Origin: Alphaproteobacteria bacterium
GTDB lineage: Bacteria; Pseudomonadota; Alphaproteobacteria; JAEUKQ01
DNA: 64,000 nt
Direction: 5' to 3'
Assembly (NCBI GenBank): GCA_044227605.1
Contig: JBGAWJ010000001.1
Location: 4,404 to 68,403 of the forward strand
In this document: positions 51,529 to 61,590 of the stretch, piece by piece
How the letters are laid out: every line of letters starts with the position of its first letter
How positions within the stretch are numbered: position 1 is the stretch's first letter
Program-made: the position numbers and the translations under genes
The notes under the pieces: model-generated
What the model saw: only the letters and a program-made list of their open reading frames with translations
What the model was told of the DNA's origin: nothing
Database searches by the model: none

Positions 51529-52918
51529 TTGCATATTGGAACAAAACCAACATTTGGATTCACCTAAAAAATCTTGGTGGCTGAAAGCCATCGGTCTATA
51601 TACAGACCGGCGCAGTTTTGCCTTGTTATTGCTGGGGGTATCCGCAGGCATGCCGTATTTCCTGTTGCACGGATCCTTAACCGCCTGGTTGCGCGAAGGG
51701 GGTGTAAGTCGGGCAATGATAGGCTATATCAGTGGGGTGGGCGTTTTCTATGGGGTGAAAGTTTTATGGGCCCCCTTGGTGGACCAAATGAAAATCCCCT
51801 TTCTTACCCGGTGGTTGGGAAAGCGGCGCAGCTGGATTTTGCTGTCCCAGATGGGGATTATCAGTGGATTATTATTGATGGTTTGGGGAGCACCTGTTTT
51901 CCCCGGCCCTATGGCACTGGCTCACCCTCAAGACCCCGGCAATTTGACAAATATGGGTCTTGGAAATATGGGGGTGTTTATCCTGGCGGTTTTGTGGGTG
52001 GCCTTTTGGTCAGCCACCCAGGATATTGCCATTGATGCGTACCGGATTGAGGTGGCCGGGGAAGAGTTCCAAGGGGCTCTGGCTTCCAATTACATTTTGG
52101 GCTACCGTATTGCCGGATCTTTGGTGGTAGGGGTGGGGGCTTTTTATTTGGCGGATTTGTTGTCATGGCCGGATGCCTATTTGGCGATGACCGCTTGTTT
52201 CTTGCCAGCTATCCTGGTTGTTTTACTTTCTCACGAGCCGCGGGCTTACTTAACATCTTCTGCAAAGGGGTTTGTTGCCCATATCCACCAGGCTATTTTA
52301 AAGCCTTTTATTGAGTTTTTTCAACGTCAATCTTGGGGTAACGCCCTGGTTGTTTTAGGATTTATTGCCCTTTGCAAGGTCAGTGATATTTTCATGGGGC
52401 CAATGGTCAACCCCCTTTATAAAGATTTGGGGTTCACGAATATCGAAATTGCCAATATTACCAAGGTATATGGCTTCGCGATCACCATATTAGGGGGATT
52501 TATAGCAGGCATTTTAGTAGCGCGCTATTCTGCTAAAAGGTTGTTGTTACCGGCTATCATCTTACTAGCTGTCCCTAACCTAATGTTTATGGTGCTGGCG
52601 GGGCATCCAAAAGATATCCTATTATTGGCTGCAGCCATCAGTGCTGATAATTTTGGCAATGGTCTGGCGGCTACAATTTTAGTTGCTGATTTCTCGGGTC
52701 TGGCTAATAAGGCCTATACGGCGACGCAATATGCTTTATTTAGTTCTTTAATGAACTTACCCGGCACCATCTTAGGTGGATTTTCGGGCTGGTTAACCGA
52801 GCAGGTGGGCTATGGCCTGTTCTTCTTGATTAGTGCTTGCTTGGCATTGCCCGCCTTTTTCTTGGCTTTTATCCTGCAATGGCGTTTCGGTGGCGTTAAA
52901 TCGCCGGGGAAGGCATAA
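51491..52918 (+). CDS. ampG: AmpG-family muropeptide MFS permease
   Basis: The protein has 12 or more transmembrane helices and AmpG-like motifs. The real start is probably an in-frame TTG at 51536, just after the typA stop. The 3' end overlaps the convergent phoB by 23 nt. Confidence 0.8.
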   Translation: MSARGSTNKTRINCILEQNQHLDSPKKSWWLKAIGLYTDRRSFALLLLGVSAGMPYFLLHGSLTAWLREGGVSRAMIGYISGVGVFYGVKVLWAPLVDQMKIPFLTRWLGKRRSWILLSQMGIISGLLLMVWGAPVFPGPMALAHPQDPGNLTNMGLGNMGVFILAVLWVAFWSATQDIAIDAYRIEVAGEEFQGALASNYILGYRIAGSLVVGVGAFYLADLLSWPDAYLAMTACFLPAILVVLLSHEPRAYLTSSAKGFVAHIHQAILKPFIEFFQRQSWGNALVVLGFIALCKVSDIFMGPMVNPLYKDLGFTNIEIANITKVYGFAITILGGFIAGILVARYSAKRLLLPAIILLAVPNLMFMVLAGHPKDILLLAAAISADNFGNGLAATILVADFSGLANKAYTATQYALFSSLMNLPGTILGGFSGWLTEQVGYGLFFLISACLALPAFFLAFILQWRFGGVKSPGKA

Positions 52919-53603
52919 GCTTATCAACCATATACCCAACGGATCGGACAGTACGAATTATATCGGGGTCGTTGGGTTTCTTAGGATTGTATAAAGCATG
53001 CCGCAAGCGCCCGATATGGACATCAACTGTTCGAAGATCGATGTAATGACCCTGGCCCCACACTGCATCCAGTAATTGCTCCCTAGTTAATGGGCGGCCT
53101 TGGTTTAACAGCAAATGTCTTAACAGTTTAAATTCGGTTGGGCTTAATAAAATCAACGCCTGTTCCTGATAAACCTGGTGATGGTCAAGATCAAGGGTTA
53201 AATTGGCATAAAGCAATTGGCTATTTGGGGTTAAATGCAAGCTACGCCTGAGCAGGCTTTTCACCCGGGCCAGCAATTCCTTGGTGCTGAACGGTTTGGT
53301 AATATAATCATCGGCGCCTGTTTCCAACCCGCGCAGCTTGTCATTTTCCTCCGTACGGGCAGTCAAAATAATGATAGGCAATAGATAAAATTGTGGGGAG
53401 CGTCTTAAGATCCTGCAAAGTTCTATGCCAGAAATTTTAGGCACCATCCAATCGGCAATCACCAAGTCGGGTTTCTGTTCACGGATCAATGTTAAGGCAA
53501 TCTCGCCATCTTTCGCTAGGATCGCCTGGTAACCCGAACACTGTAAGGCATATTCTAGGATAGTCATGAGGGCTGGATCATCTTCAACAATCAAAACGGT
53601 CAT
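52896..53603 (-). CDS. phoB: Phosphate regulon response regulator PhoB
   Basis: A receiver domain (LIVEDDPAL..., DLVIADWMVP) is followed by an OmpR-type winged helix. It sits in the conserved position after phoU. Confidence 0.9.
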   Translation of the reverse strand: MTVLIVEDDPALMTILEYALQCSGYQAILAKDGEIALTLIREQKPDLVIADWMVPKISGIELCRILRRSPQFYLLPIIILTARTEENDKLRGLETGADDYITKPFSTKELLARVKSLLRRSLHLTPNSQLLYANLTLDLDHHQVYQEQALILLSPTEFKLLRHLLLNQGRPLTREQLLDAVWGQGHYIDLRTVDVHIGRLRHALYNPKKPNDPDIIRTVRSVGYMVDKLMPSPAI

Positions 53604-53617
53604 CGAAGCAGGCGGGG

Positions 53618-54376
53618 CTATTTGGATGACTCCTTCTTAGAAAGGGTGGATGGGGGGGGAGTCAGGTAAGAGTTGGTAATCGTATGATCGCTTTTAGGGC
53701 GGTCCCCTTTAAGGGGTGATCCATGCACCATAAAATAAATAGTTTCTGCAATATTGGTAGCATGGTCGCCGATCCGCTCAATATTTTTGGCAATAAATAA
53801 TAGGTGGATGCATCCACCGATGGTACGTACATCTTCCATCATGTAAGTCAGAAGCTCCCGGAACACACTGGTATAAAGGGCGTCCACTTCTTCATCCTGC
53901 CGCCAGGCTTGCAGGGCCTGATCGATGTTTTTATTGATATAGGCATCCAACACGTTTTTAACAATTTGTTGGACGGCTTTGCCCATCCGGGCGATGCCTG
54001 TCATAAATTGTCCATTCATCATGGTTTCGGGTAATGCGGGGACACGCTTGGCGACATTGGCCGCATAATCGCCCATTCGTTCCAAATCACTGGAAATTCT
54101 TAAAGACGAGACGACTTCTCGCAAATCTTGGGCCATCGGTTGCCTGAGTGCCAGGATTTTGACAACCAAATTACTAACCATTTGATCGCGCGAGTCAATT
54201 TTTTGGTCTTGCTCAACCACTGCTTTCGCTTGTTTCAAATCATGGGATGCCAAAGCTTCAACCGCCTGTTGTAATTGCGATTCGACCAAAGCGCCCATTT
54301 CAACCAGGATATTGCCCAATTGTTTTAACTGGTCATCAAATGATTTCACAATATGTTCGGGTAAATTTACCATCAT
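53618..54376 (-). CDS. phoU: Phosphate signalling complex protein PhoU
   Basis: Two PhoU repeat domains are present over 252 aa. Confidence 0.9.
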   Translation of the reverse strand: MMVNLPEHIVKSFDDQLKQLGNILVEMGALVESQLQQAVEALASHDLKQAKAVVEQDQKIDSRDQMVSNLVVKILALRQPMAQDLREVVSSLRISSDLERMGDYAANVAKRVPALPETMMNGQFMTGIARMGKAVQQIVKNVLDAYINKNIDQALQAWRQDEEVDALYTSVFRELLTYMMEDVRTIGGCIHLLFIAKNIERIGDHATNIAETIYFMVHGSPLKGDRPKSDHTITNSYLTPPPSTLSKKESSK

Positions 54377-54396
54377 CTTTTCCTTTTTTTATTTTC

Positions 54397-55161
54397 TTAA
54401 CCGAAACGTCCGGTGATATATCCTTGGGTACGCTGATCTTGGGGACTGGTAAAAATTTCATCGGTTGCGCCACTTTCAATCAACTCGCCCAGGTGGAAAA
54501 AAGCGGTTTTTTGAGAAACACGAGCCGCTTGCTGCATGGAGTGGGTTACAATCACGATCGTGAAATTGTGGCATAATTCATCAATCAATTCCTCAACCTT
54601 AGCGGTCGCAATCGGGTCAAGCGCCGAACAGGGTTCATCCATCAAAATAACATTAGGGTTGATAGCAATTGCGCGGGCGATGCAGAGCCGCTGTTGTTGG
54701 CCGCCGGATAGCGACAAGGCTGGTTCTTTCAAACGGTCTTTGACTTCTTTCCATAACCCTGCTTTCTCTAAGCTGGTCGTGACAATTGCATCCAATTGCT
54801 GCCGGTTATTAGTTAATCCATGCAATTTAGGTGCATAGGCAATATTTTCATAAATTGATTTGGGAAAAGGGTTTGGTTTTTGGAAAACCATCCCAACTTT
54901 GGCGCGCAAGGTGACTACATCAATTTGGGGATCATAAATATTGTTGCCATCTAAAAGGATTTCGCCTTGGATGCGGCAACTGGCGATCACATCATTCATC
55001 CGGTTTAAGCACCGCAGGAAAGTGGATTTACCGCAGCCGGAGGGGCCAATTAAAGCCGTCACTTGGGACGGCAGGATATCCAAGGTTACAGACTTAAGGG
55101 CCTGGTTTTCCCCATAATAAACATTTAAATCTTTAACGGTTATCTTCGGTTGGGCTGTCAT
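54397..55161 (-). CDS. pstB: Phosphate ABC transporter ATP-binding protein PstB
   Basis: Walker [10 protein letters not shown] and the ABC signature LSGGQQQRL are present. Confidence 0.95.
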   Translation of the reverse strand: MTAQPKITVKDLNVYYGENQALKSVTLDILPSQVTALIGPSGCGKSTFLRCLNRMNDVIASCRIQGEILLDGNNIYDPQIDVVTLRAKVGMVFQKPNPFPKSIYENIAYAPKLHGLTNNRQQLDAIVTTSLEKAGLWKEVKDRLKEPALSLSGGQQQRLCIARAIAINPNVILMDEPCSALDPIATAKVEELIDELCHNFTIVIVTHSMQQAARVSQKTAFFHLGELIESGATDEIFTSPQDQRTQGYITGRFG

Positions 55162-55218
55162 AGGTCTCTACTAAACGCCTTATTTTTTTAATAAAAAGTA
55201 AAAAATTCTAGCTTGGGC

Positions 55219-56463
55219 TTACCATTTTTTTTCTACCCGTTGCCGGATGATAATGGCAACCAAGTTCATTAACACCAAAAATAATAACAACACAAAAATA
55301 GCGGCATAGGTTTTTTCAACAAAAGCAGTTTCCTGAAGATCAGACCACATATAAATTTGCGCCGGTAAAACGGTTGCGGGATCGGTGAATTTTGCTGGGA
55401 TATCAACCACGAAAGCGATCATTCCGACCATCATTAAAGGGGCTGTTTCACCTAATGCACGGGCCATCCCTAGAATCGTTCCCGTTAAAACTCCGGGTAA
55501 CGCCAAAGGAAAAACATGATGCCAAACAACTTGGGCCGGGGAAGCGCCAACCGCCAGGGCTGCTTGCCTCACGGAATCGGGAACCGAACGTAGGGCGGCC
55601 CGCGTCGCAATAATAATAACCGGTAGGGTCATTAAGGACAGAACCATTCCTCCAACTAGTGGGGAAGAACGGGGCAGATCAAAAAATCCCAAAAATACAA
55701 CAATTCCCAATAACCCGAATATGATGGAGGGGATGGCGGCTAAATTATTAATATTAATTTCAATGAAGCGGCTTAAGAAATTTTTCTTGGAAAATTCTTC
55801 CAAATATAAGGCCGCTGCTGCCCCAAAAGGCAAAGATAATAATAAGGTAATAATCATGGTTAGGAAAGTGCCTGTGATACTGCCCAAAATACCTGCTTCT
55901 TCCGGTTCACGGCTATCGCCTTTGCTCCAAAACAATTTATCAAGAGAGGTTTTGATCTGTTGCTGTTGTGCCAGTTGTTCCACCCATTGGCGTTGGTTAT
56001 CGCTAAGTTTTGAATCTTTGGGGCCGCTTGTTTGATAATCGTCAACTAGGCTTGATGTGCGCACATCAATAAAAAAAGAAGAGGGCTGGCCTATGGGGGG
56101 CGTTAGGTGGCGCAGTTCATCTGCGGCATGTGGGGATAACAGTTTCATGAGTTCGCGGCGTTCTGAAGATGTTGGGTTGATAGCAAGGTTTTTTTCCAAC
56201 AGTTGGCGAATCATGACCCGGTAATCCGGGCCGGTCCCATCATTGCTGGCTAAGGGCGCTATATCCGTTGTTGTCGTTTCAAGGCTAATATAGGTGTGAA
56301 AAAAAGCTGGCCACGCATGATACATAATATAAGTCAGCAGGAAAAACAAGAAACTGCTGGGTATTGCCAAGCTAACTAACGCCATTATCCTGAAACGGCG
56401 TTCCCCTTTCAAGCGTTGCCGCAATTTTTTCGGGGTTTGGGTCAAGGACAGGGTATTATTCAT
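55219..56463 (-). CDS. pstA: Phosphate ABC transporter permease PstA
   Basis: An ABC permease domain with the EAA-like loop is present, at the long alphaproteobacterial PstA length. Confidence 0.9.
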   Translation of the reverse strand: MNNTLSLTQTPKKLRQRLKGERRFRIMALVSLAIPSSFLFFLLTYIMYHAWPAFFHTYISLETTTTDIAPLASNDGTGPDYRVMIRQLLEKNLAINPTSSERRELMKLLSPHAADELRHLTPPIGQPSSFFIDVRTSSLVDDYQTSGPKDSKLSDNQRQWVEQLAQQQQIKTSLDKLFWSKGDSREPEEAGILGSITGTFLTMIITLLLSLPFGAAAALYLEEFSKKNFLSRFIEININNLAAIPSIIFGLLGIVVFLGFFDLPRSSPLVGGMVLSLMTLPVIIIATRAALRSVPDSVRQAALAVGASPAQVVWHHVFPLALPGVLTGTILGMARALGETAPLMMVGMIAFVVDIPAKFTDPATVLPAQIYMWSDLQETAFVEKTYAAIFVLLLFLVLMNLVAIIIRQRVEKKW

Positions 56464-57838
56464 ATTTTTGCCGGTAGCGCGATAAAATCCATAAAGATAT
56501 AATGTTTAAAGTCAACGTAATCATAAACAGCAATAAACCAAGGGCAAAAGCTGCCAAAGTTTTAGAACTGTTAAATTCTTGATCACCTGTTAAAAGGGTC
56601 GTGATCTGAACGGTGACGGTGGTGACAGATTGAAGTGGGTTAATACTTAAATTGGCCGCTAAGCCCGCGGCCATCACTACGATCATGGTTTCACCGACCG
56701 CGCGCGATACCGCGAGCAATATCCCCCCGATAATCCCAGGCAAAGCAGCAGGGACCAAAACCCGGCAGATGGTTTCTGATTTGGTAGCACCTAATGCATA
56801 AGAACCATCGCGGAGGGAGTTGGGGACTGCCTTTAAAGCATCGTCGCTTAGGGAGGCCACGAAGGGTATAATCATCATTCCCATCACCAATCCAGCCGCT
56901 AAGGCGCTTTCAGCAGCGACATCCAAATTTAAGCTTTCCCCTAATTGACGGATAAGGGGAGCCAGCACGATGGCTGCAAAATACCCGTAAACAACGGTAG
57001 GGATGCCTGCCAATAATTCAAGAACGGGTTTCGTGATTGAGCGCTGCCGCGGTGATAAATATTCGGCCATATAGATAGCCGACATTAAACCCAAGGGGGC
57101 CGCGATAGTGATGGCTATCACGGTGATTAAAGCGGTACCCAAGATAACCGGAATGACCCCGAAACTGCCTGAACTTCCGGTTTGATCTGCTCGAATGGCG
57201 GTTTGTGGGCTCCATTCCGTACCAAACAGGAATTCACCTAAGGGCACACGGTCGAAAAACCGCCAAGCTTCCATTAATAGGGACAAAACAATCCCTAGGG
57301 TAATGGCAATAGCGATGCTGGCGCAAGCCGCCAGCAATATTTTAACCAGTCTTTCCACAGCTGGGCGGGCCCGGAAATCCGTTCTGATATAGTGTTTTGA
57401 CCACCAGCCGCCAATCATGGCACCAATCAACAGTATCATTAGATAGGCATAATGTTCTATCTCTTGCCATTTTTGCAGCAAATGCTGGAATTTATCCCAA
57501 ATATCCTGTGGCACAATGGGCGACATTTGAGAGAAAGAGCTGGTTAAGCTTGATTGCAGAAGGGAATAAAAATCTTGGGGAGTGAGGTTGGTATCTCTAA
57601 AAACATTTTCAGGGATATTAGCAATTGTTTGATGATAGGTAAAATAAGGTAGGAAAATAGAGCTAGCCAAGAGGCACAGAAGACCAATACCGCCTGCCCA
57701 CACTGCAGAATAGAAACCATAATAGGCGGGGCGTGCCGCAAGAACCGAGCCAGTTTTTCGCTGGATCAGGGAAGCTTTTTGGCTTCCCCAATAATAAAAA
57801 GCAACAGCCAGCAAAACCAGCATCGAGAAAAACAGCAC
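56456..57838 (-). CDS. pstC: Phosphate ABC transporter permease PstC
   Basis: The permease domain is PstC-like, and its 3' end overlaps the pstA start by 8 nt. Confidence 0.9.
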   Translation of the reverse strand: MLFFSMLVLLAVAFYYWGSQKASLIQRKTGSVLAARPAYYGFYSAVWAGGIGLLCLLASSIFLPYFTYHQTIANIPENVFRDTNLTPQDFYSLLQSSLTSSFSQMSPIVPQDIWDKFQHLLQKWQEIEHYAYLMILLIGAMIGGWWSKHYIRTDFRARPAVERLVKILLAACASIAIAITLGIVLSLLMEAWRFFDRVPLGEFLFGTEWSPQTAIRADQTGSSGSFGVIPVILGTALITVIAITIAAPLGLMSAIYMAEYLSPRQRSITKPVLELLAGIPTVVYGYFAAIVLAPLIRQLGESLNLDVAAESALAAGLVMGMMIIPFVASLSDDALKAVPNSLRDGSYALGATKSETICRVLVPAALPGIIGGILLAVSRAVGETMIVVMAAGLAANLSINPLQSVTTVTVQITTLLTGDQEFNSSKTLAAFALGLLLFMITLTLNIISLWILSRYRQKYE

Positions 57839-57875
57839 GCCATTCCCTCCGTTTTAGGGGCAAGTATTGTAAGCG

Positions 57876-58892
57876 TTAAGGCCGATAAATCTTCAACTGC
57901 CGAACATTTTGCAATTGTTGTATATGATCCGACCCAGGTAAGGGAATCAAACCTTTATCGGCCAAATATCCCTCTTGCCCGGTCGCTTGGTCGCTAGCAT
58001 ATTCCAGCATAAATTCTTTTAATCCTGGTACAAGCTCAAAATGACCTTTTTTGAAATAAACATACAAAGGACGGGCAATCTTGTAACGCCCGGTGGCAAT
58101 GCTATCAAAATCTGGTTTTACCGCATCAATCGCCAAACCATATAAGATATTCCCATTCTCCTCAAGGAAACTATAGCCGAAAATGCCCAAGGATTTTGGG
58201 TTGGCCTGTAATTTCCGAACGATAAGATTGTCGTTCTCGCCCGCTTCAATAAAAGCGCCGTCTTCCCGCATGGTTTGACAAATATTTTGGCGCTGGTCCG
58301 CGGCTAAAGCAGCAACTTCCTGCAGTTGCATACATCCCTTATCCATTACCAATTCGACAAAAGAATCACGGGTGCCGGAAGTTGGCGGGGGGCCCAAAAC
58401 CTCAATTTTATCATTGGGTAATTGCGGATTAATATCCTTCCAGGTTTTATAGGGATTAGCCACTAATTTTCCGTTGACTGGAACGGTTTTGGCCAACGCC
58501 AGCCACAGTTCCTTGGTGGTTAGTTTGAAGGGTTGATGTTGGTTGGATTGCGCAATAACAATACCATCAAACCCTATTTTCAACTCGATGATTTCGGTGA
58601 CGCCATTTTTGGTGCAAAGCTCGATTTCCGAATCTTTGATCTGTCTTGAGGCATTAACGACGTCGGGATAAGATTCGCCCAAACCTGAACACCATAATTT
58701 GATCCCACCCCCTGTGCCGGTTGATTCAACAATAGGGGTACGAAATTTTGTATTTCGGCCAAAATTTTCGGCAACATTGGTGGTAAAAGGAAAAACGGTG
58801 CTGGAGCCTACAACACGGATCTGATCGCGTGCTTCGGCTATGGTTGCCCAGGATAATAAAGTTATCCCAAGGGCAGTTGATAATATTTTCAT
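57876..58892 (-). CDS. pstS: Phosphate ABC transporter substrate-binding protein PstS
   Basis: A signal peptide MKILSTALGITLLSWATIAEA is followed by a PBP fold. I chose the start at ATG 58892, because the longer track ORF would run through the Pho box. Confidence 0.85.
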   Translation of the reverse strand: MKILSTALGITLLSWATIAEARDQIRVVGSSTVFPFTTNVAENFGRNTKFRTPIVESTGTGGGIKLWCSGLGESYPDVVNASRQIKDSEIELCTKNGVTEIIELKIGFDGIVIAQSNQHQPFKLTTKELWLALAKTVPVNGKLVANPYKTWKDINPQLPNDKIEVLGPPPTSGTRDSFVELVMDKGCMQLQEVAALAADQRQNICQTMREDGAFIEAGENDNLIVRKLQANPKSLGIFGYSFLEENGNILYGLAIDAVKPDFDSIATGRYKIARPLYVYFKKGHFELVPGLKEFMLEYASDQATGQEGYLADKGLIPLPGSDHIQQLQNVRQLKIYRP

Positions 58893-58974
58893 GAGCTTAG
58901 TCCTAACTTTAATAGGGGTTGCAAATATCATTATCAATTCAAATGATAATATCAATGATATTGGCAAATGATTA

Positions 58975-58992
58975 TGACAATTTCATGACAAA
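58975..58992 (-). promoter_or_regulatory. Pho box (PhoB binding site) TTGTCAT-gaaa-TTGTCAT upstream of pstS
   Basis: On the minus strand two 7-bp direct repeats are separated by 4 bp, about 83 nt upstream of the pstS start. This matches the CTGTCAT-N4-CTGTCAT Pho-box architecture. Confidence 0.65.
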
Positions 58993-59005
58993 CGGATTGA
59001 TGCTA

Positions 59006-60409
59006 TTAAACAGCTGGTTTGTTAGGGATGGGTAGGGAAACGACAAAACAACTTCCTTGTTGGGGGCGGCTATATATCTTTAACCGGCCACGATGGCGTT
59101 GAATGATATGGGAAGCTATCGCTAATCCTAACCCTGTTCCTTGAGCATTAGGATTATTATCGGCCCGATAAAAACGTTCGGTAATCCTTGCAAGATCTTC
59201 TTCCGCAATCCCTATTCCTGAATCCACCACTAAAATTTCTAATTCTTTTCCCCCGGCGGCCAATTGGCGATACCTGAAAACCAACCAGATTTTATGGCCA
59301 GGCACACTGTATTTAACGGCGTTATCCAGTAAATTTTCAAACAGGATGTATAATTGTTGGCTATCACCGGATAAGGCAGGCAAATCATCTGTTTTTTCCA
59401 AAAATTCCCCCCCGGGAGGAATAAAATCAAATGGGATAGGCTCACCCCCCAATTGCAGATCAATAGAATATTTATTTAACAATGGTTGCAGATCACCTTG
59501 CACTGTTTCCAGGATAGATGCCAAGGAAACAATGTTTTCTGGATAGCTACTTTCCAGCTGTTCAATCTTGGACAGGAGGAGCAGATCTTTGACTAATTGG
59601 CTCATGCGCCGGACTTGTTGTTGAAATAAAGAAAGAAAAAGCTCTCTTTTTTTAAGATCTTCGGGGAAGTGATCTTGAAGAGTTTCTGCGAGACTAGAAA
59701 TAACGGCTAAAGGCGTTTGTAGTTGATGGCTGGCGTTCGCAACAAAATCTTGATTCTTTTGGATCATTTTTTTAGCAAAAGTCTGATCACGCAGAACAAT
59801 AATAGTAGCCAGAAATTCTGCCAAAGGTAAGGACAATTGTTGTAAGGTAATATTCCAATGCCTAGTTACCGGGATTGTTAAAGAAAATTCCAGGTTTAAA
59901 AATTCGCATTGCTGTTGATTGATTTGATTGATCCCATTTAACAAATCGGGATGACGGATCAGGCCCGCTAACTCAACCCCCACCAAAGATCCGGTGTATC
60001 CCAATGATTTATTAACTTCTGCATTGCTGTAAATGATTCTTTGCTGGGTATTTATGATTAATACTGCCTCTGGCCAGTTCTCAAACAAACGGGTCAAAAG
60101 ATCCAGCAAAAATTTGGCTGTTGGGGAAACAAAAAATGTATTTGATAAAGATTCAGGATTGTGTGCAGGGGAAGGGGATAAATCTAAAATATCATTTTCT
60201 TTTCTTTCTCCCTGCTTCTGCTCCCTAGCGGCGGTCTTTGGACTCAATTGAAAATAGCTAAAAGCGATGATCAGGCAATGGCTTAATAGGAAAACGGAAA
60301 ATCCCCAGCTCTCCAACAATCCTAACCCACGCACTAGCCCTGTTAACAAAACACTGAAAACAAAACTGCGTACGATAAAGGCTAGGGGAAATTTTTTTGA
60401 TCGTATCAT
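59006..60409 (-). CDS. phoR: Phosphate regulon sensor histidine kinase PhoR
   Basis: An N-terminal transmembrane segment and PAS-like region are followed by HisKA (ASHQLQTPL) and an HATPase_c domain with the G-box GTGLGLAI. Confidence 0.85.
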   Translation of the reverse strand: MIRSKKFPLAFIVRSFVFSVLLTGLVRGLGLLESWGFSVFLLSHCLIIAFSYFQLSPKTAAREQKQGERKENDILDLSPSPAHNPESLSNTFFVSPTAKFLLDLLTRLFENWPEAVLIINTQQRIIYSNAEVNKSLGYTGSLVGVELAGLIRHPDLLNGINQINQQQCEFLNLEFSLTIPVTRHWNITLQQLSLPLAEFLATIIVLRDQTFAKKMIQKNQDFVANASHQLQTPLAVISSLAETLQDHFPEDLKKRELFLSLFQQQVRRMSQLVKDLLLLSKIEQLESSYPENIVSLASILETVQGDLQPLLNKYSIDLQLGGEPIPFDFIPPGGEFLEKTDDLPALSGDSQQLYILFENLLDNAVKYSVPGHKIWLVFRYRQLAAGGKELEILVVDSGIGIAEEDLARITERFYRADNNPNAQGTGLGLAIASHIIQRHRGRLKIYSRPQQGSCFVVSLPIPNKPAV

Positions 60410-60614
60410 GCCAACCCATTACCTGCTTAATATAATGTATGTAGCCACATTCGGACAATTGCGATTGGGAAAACTAGTGTGTTTAAAAGAACTTAAAATG
60501 ATACCTTCCCCTCCCTAACATACAAATATTGTTTTGTTGATATAAATATAGTACAGTCAGGCAAGCTTTGCTTGTTCCGAATGTAGTGACAACCAATTAA
60601 AAAGGATCTTATCC

Positions 60615-61520
60615 ATGAATTTCTTCCATAATCGCTTCACGCAAGCTTTGATGGGTGCAACTTTGTTATCCGGCGTTGCCTTGTCCCAGCTTTCAGCCCA
60701 ACAATATCGCCCTTGGGATGAGAATACGAACAATTTACAAGGGATGTTTAACGAACTGAAGCAAATGATACGGGAAGCGGACCGTGCCAATGCGGCTGAC
60801 CCCGCTTTCTTAGATGATTTGAGTGATTTTGTGCAACGCTATGAAAAATTGTCAACAGACAATCCTAATCCGCCAGCCTCGGGGTGGTCGCGCATTATTT
60901 TGTCGGATAATTTCCGCGATGGTGACTTCACCCGGAACCCAGCTTGGATGGTAAAATCAGGCAATTGGCGGATTGATACCAATGGCAGTAACCTTGGCTT
61001 GCGTTCATCGGTTTATTCAGCTTTTGCGGGTAACAGCCAGAATGTCGCACAAGCCTTATTAGGGGCCTTGTTCCAACAACCGGGCCAGCAAAATGTGGCC
61101 GCACAAGTTGCCCAAATTGGGATTGTCTCAAATATCCCCAATGCCTTCCAATTGAAAGTGGAATTTAACTCGCGTGCTGCAGGCGGCAGGATCGACTTTG
61201 TTGTCACCAATGCCCAAAGTTTTGCATCCTACGTTGTATCCTACACCCCTGGTTCTAATAACGGGATACAATTGCTGAAGGTTACCAACAGAGGGACAAC
61301 TATTCTGGCTTCATCCAGCAGCAATATTGGTTTGGAAGATGGTAAGTATCATATCATTGAATTGAACCGCGATGGCCGTGGCGCTATGAATCTGCTGGTT
61401 GACAACAGGGTAGTGGCGCGCAGCAACGATAATAGTCTGAACCGCGGTTTCAATAATTTTACGGTTGTTAACGGTGGTGGCACATACTGGATTAAATCCG
61501 TGACCATCAATGGGCAGTAA
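60615..61520 (+). CDS. Secreted hypothetical protein (Asn/Gly/Ser-rich, probable all-beta jelly-roll/lectin-like fold)
   Basis: A signal peptide with a likely cleavage after LSA is followed by a mature protein with no recognisable catalytic motif. A strong terminator follows. Coding status is inferred from length and codon usage. Confidence 0.5.
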   Translation: MNFFHNRFTQALMGATLLSGVALSQLSAQQYRPWDENTNNLQGMFNELKQMIREADRANAADPAFLDDLSDFVQRYEKLSTDNPNPPASGWSRIILSDNFRDGDFTRNPAWMVKSGNWRIDTNGSNLGLRSSVYSAFAGNSQNVAQALLGALFQQPGQQNVAAQVAQIGIVSNIPNAFQLKVEFNSRAAGGRIDFVVTNAQSFASYVVSYTPGSNNGIQLLKVTNRGTTILASSSSNIGLEDGKYHIIELNRDGRGAMNLLVDNRVVARSNDNSLNRGFNNFTVVNGGGTYWIKSVTINGQ

Positions 61521-61552
61521 GATTTAAAAGTTGATTGATGATGTAGGATCGA

Positions 61553-61590
61553 ATGGCCTGCTACTTCCCAGCAGGCCATTTTTATTTTAT
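61553..61590 (+). terminator. Rho-independent terminator (AATGGCCTGCT-loop-AGCAGGCCATT followed by TTTTTATTTT)
   Basis: An 11-bp perfect stem with a 7-nt loop and a T-run begins 33 nt after the stop codon of the secreted-protein gene. Confidence 0.75.

Noticed and set aside
58921-58970. GATAAT/ATCATT hexamer repeats upstream of pstS that resemble a Fur box
   Set aside because: It is only a partial match to GATAATGATAATCATTATC and is in a generally AT-rich promoter and UTR. Iron control in alphaproteobacteria usually runs through Irr/RirA. The adjacent Pho box already explains the regulation.
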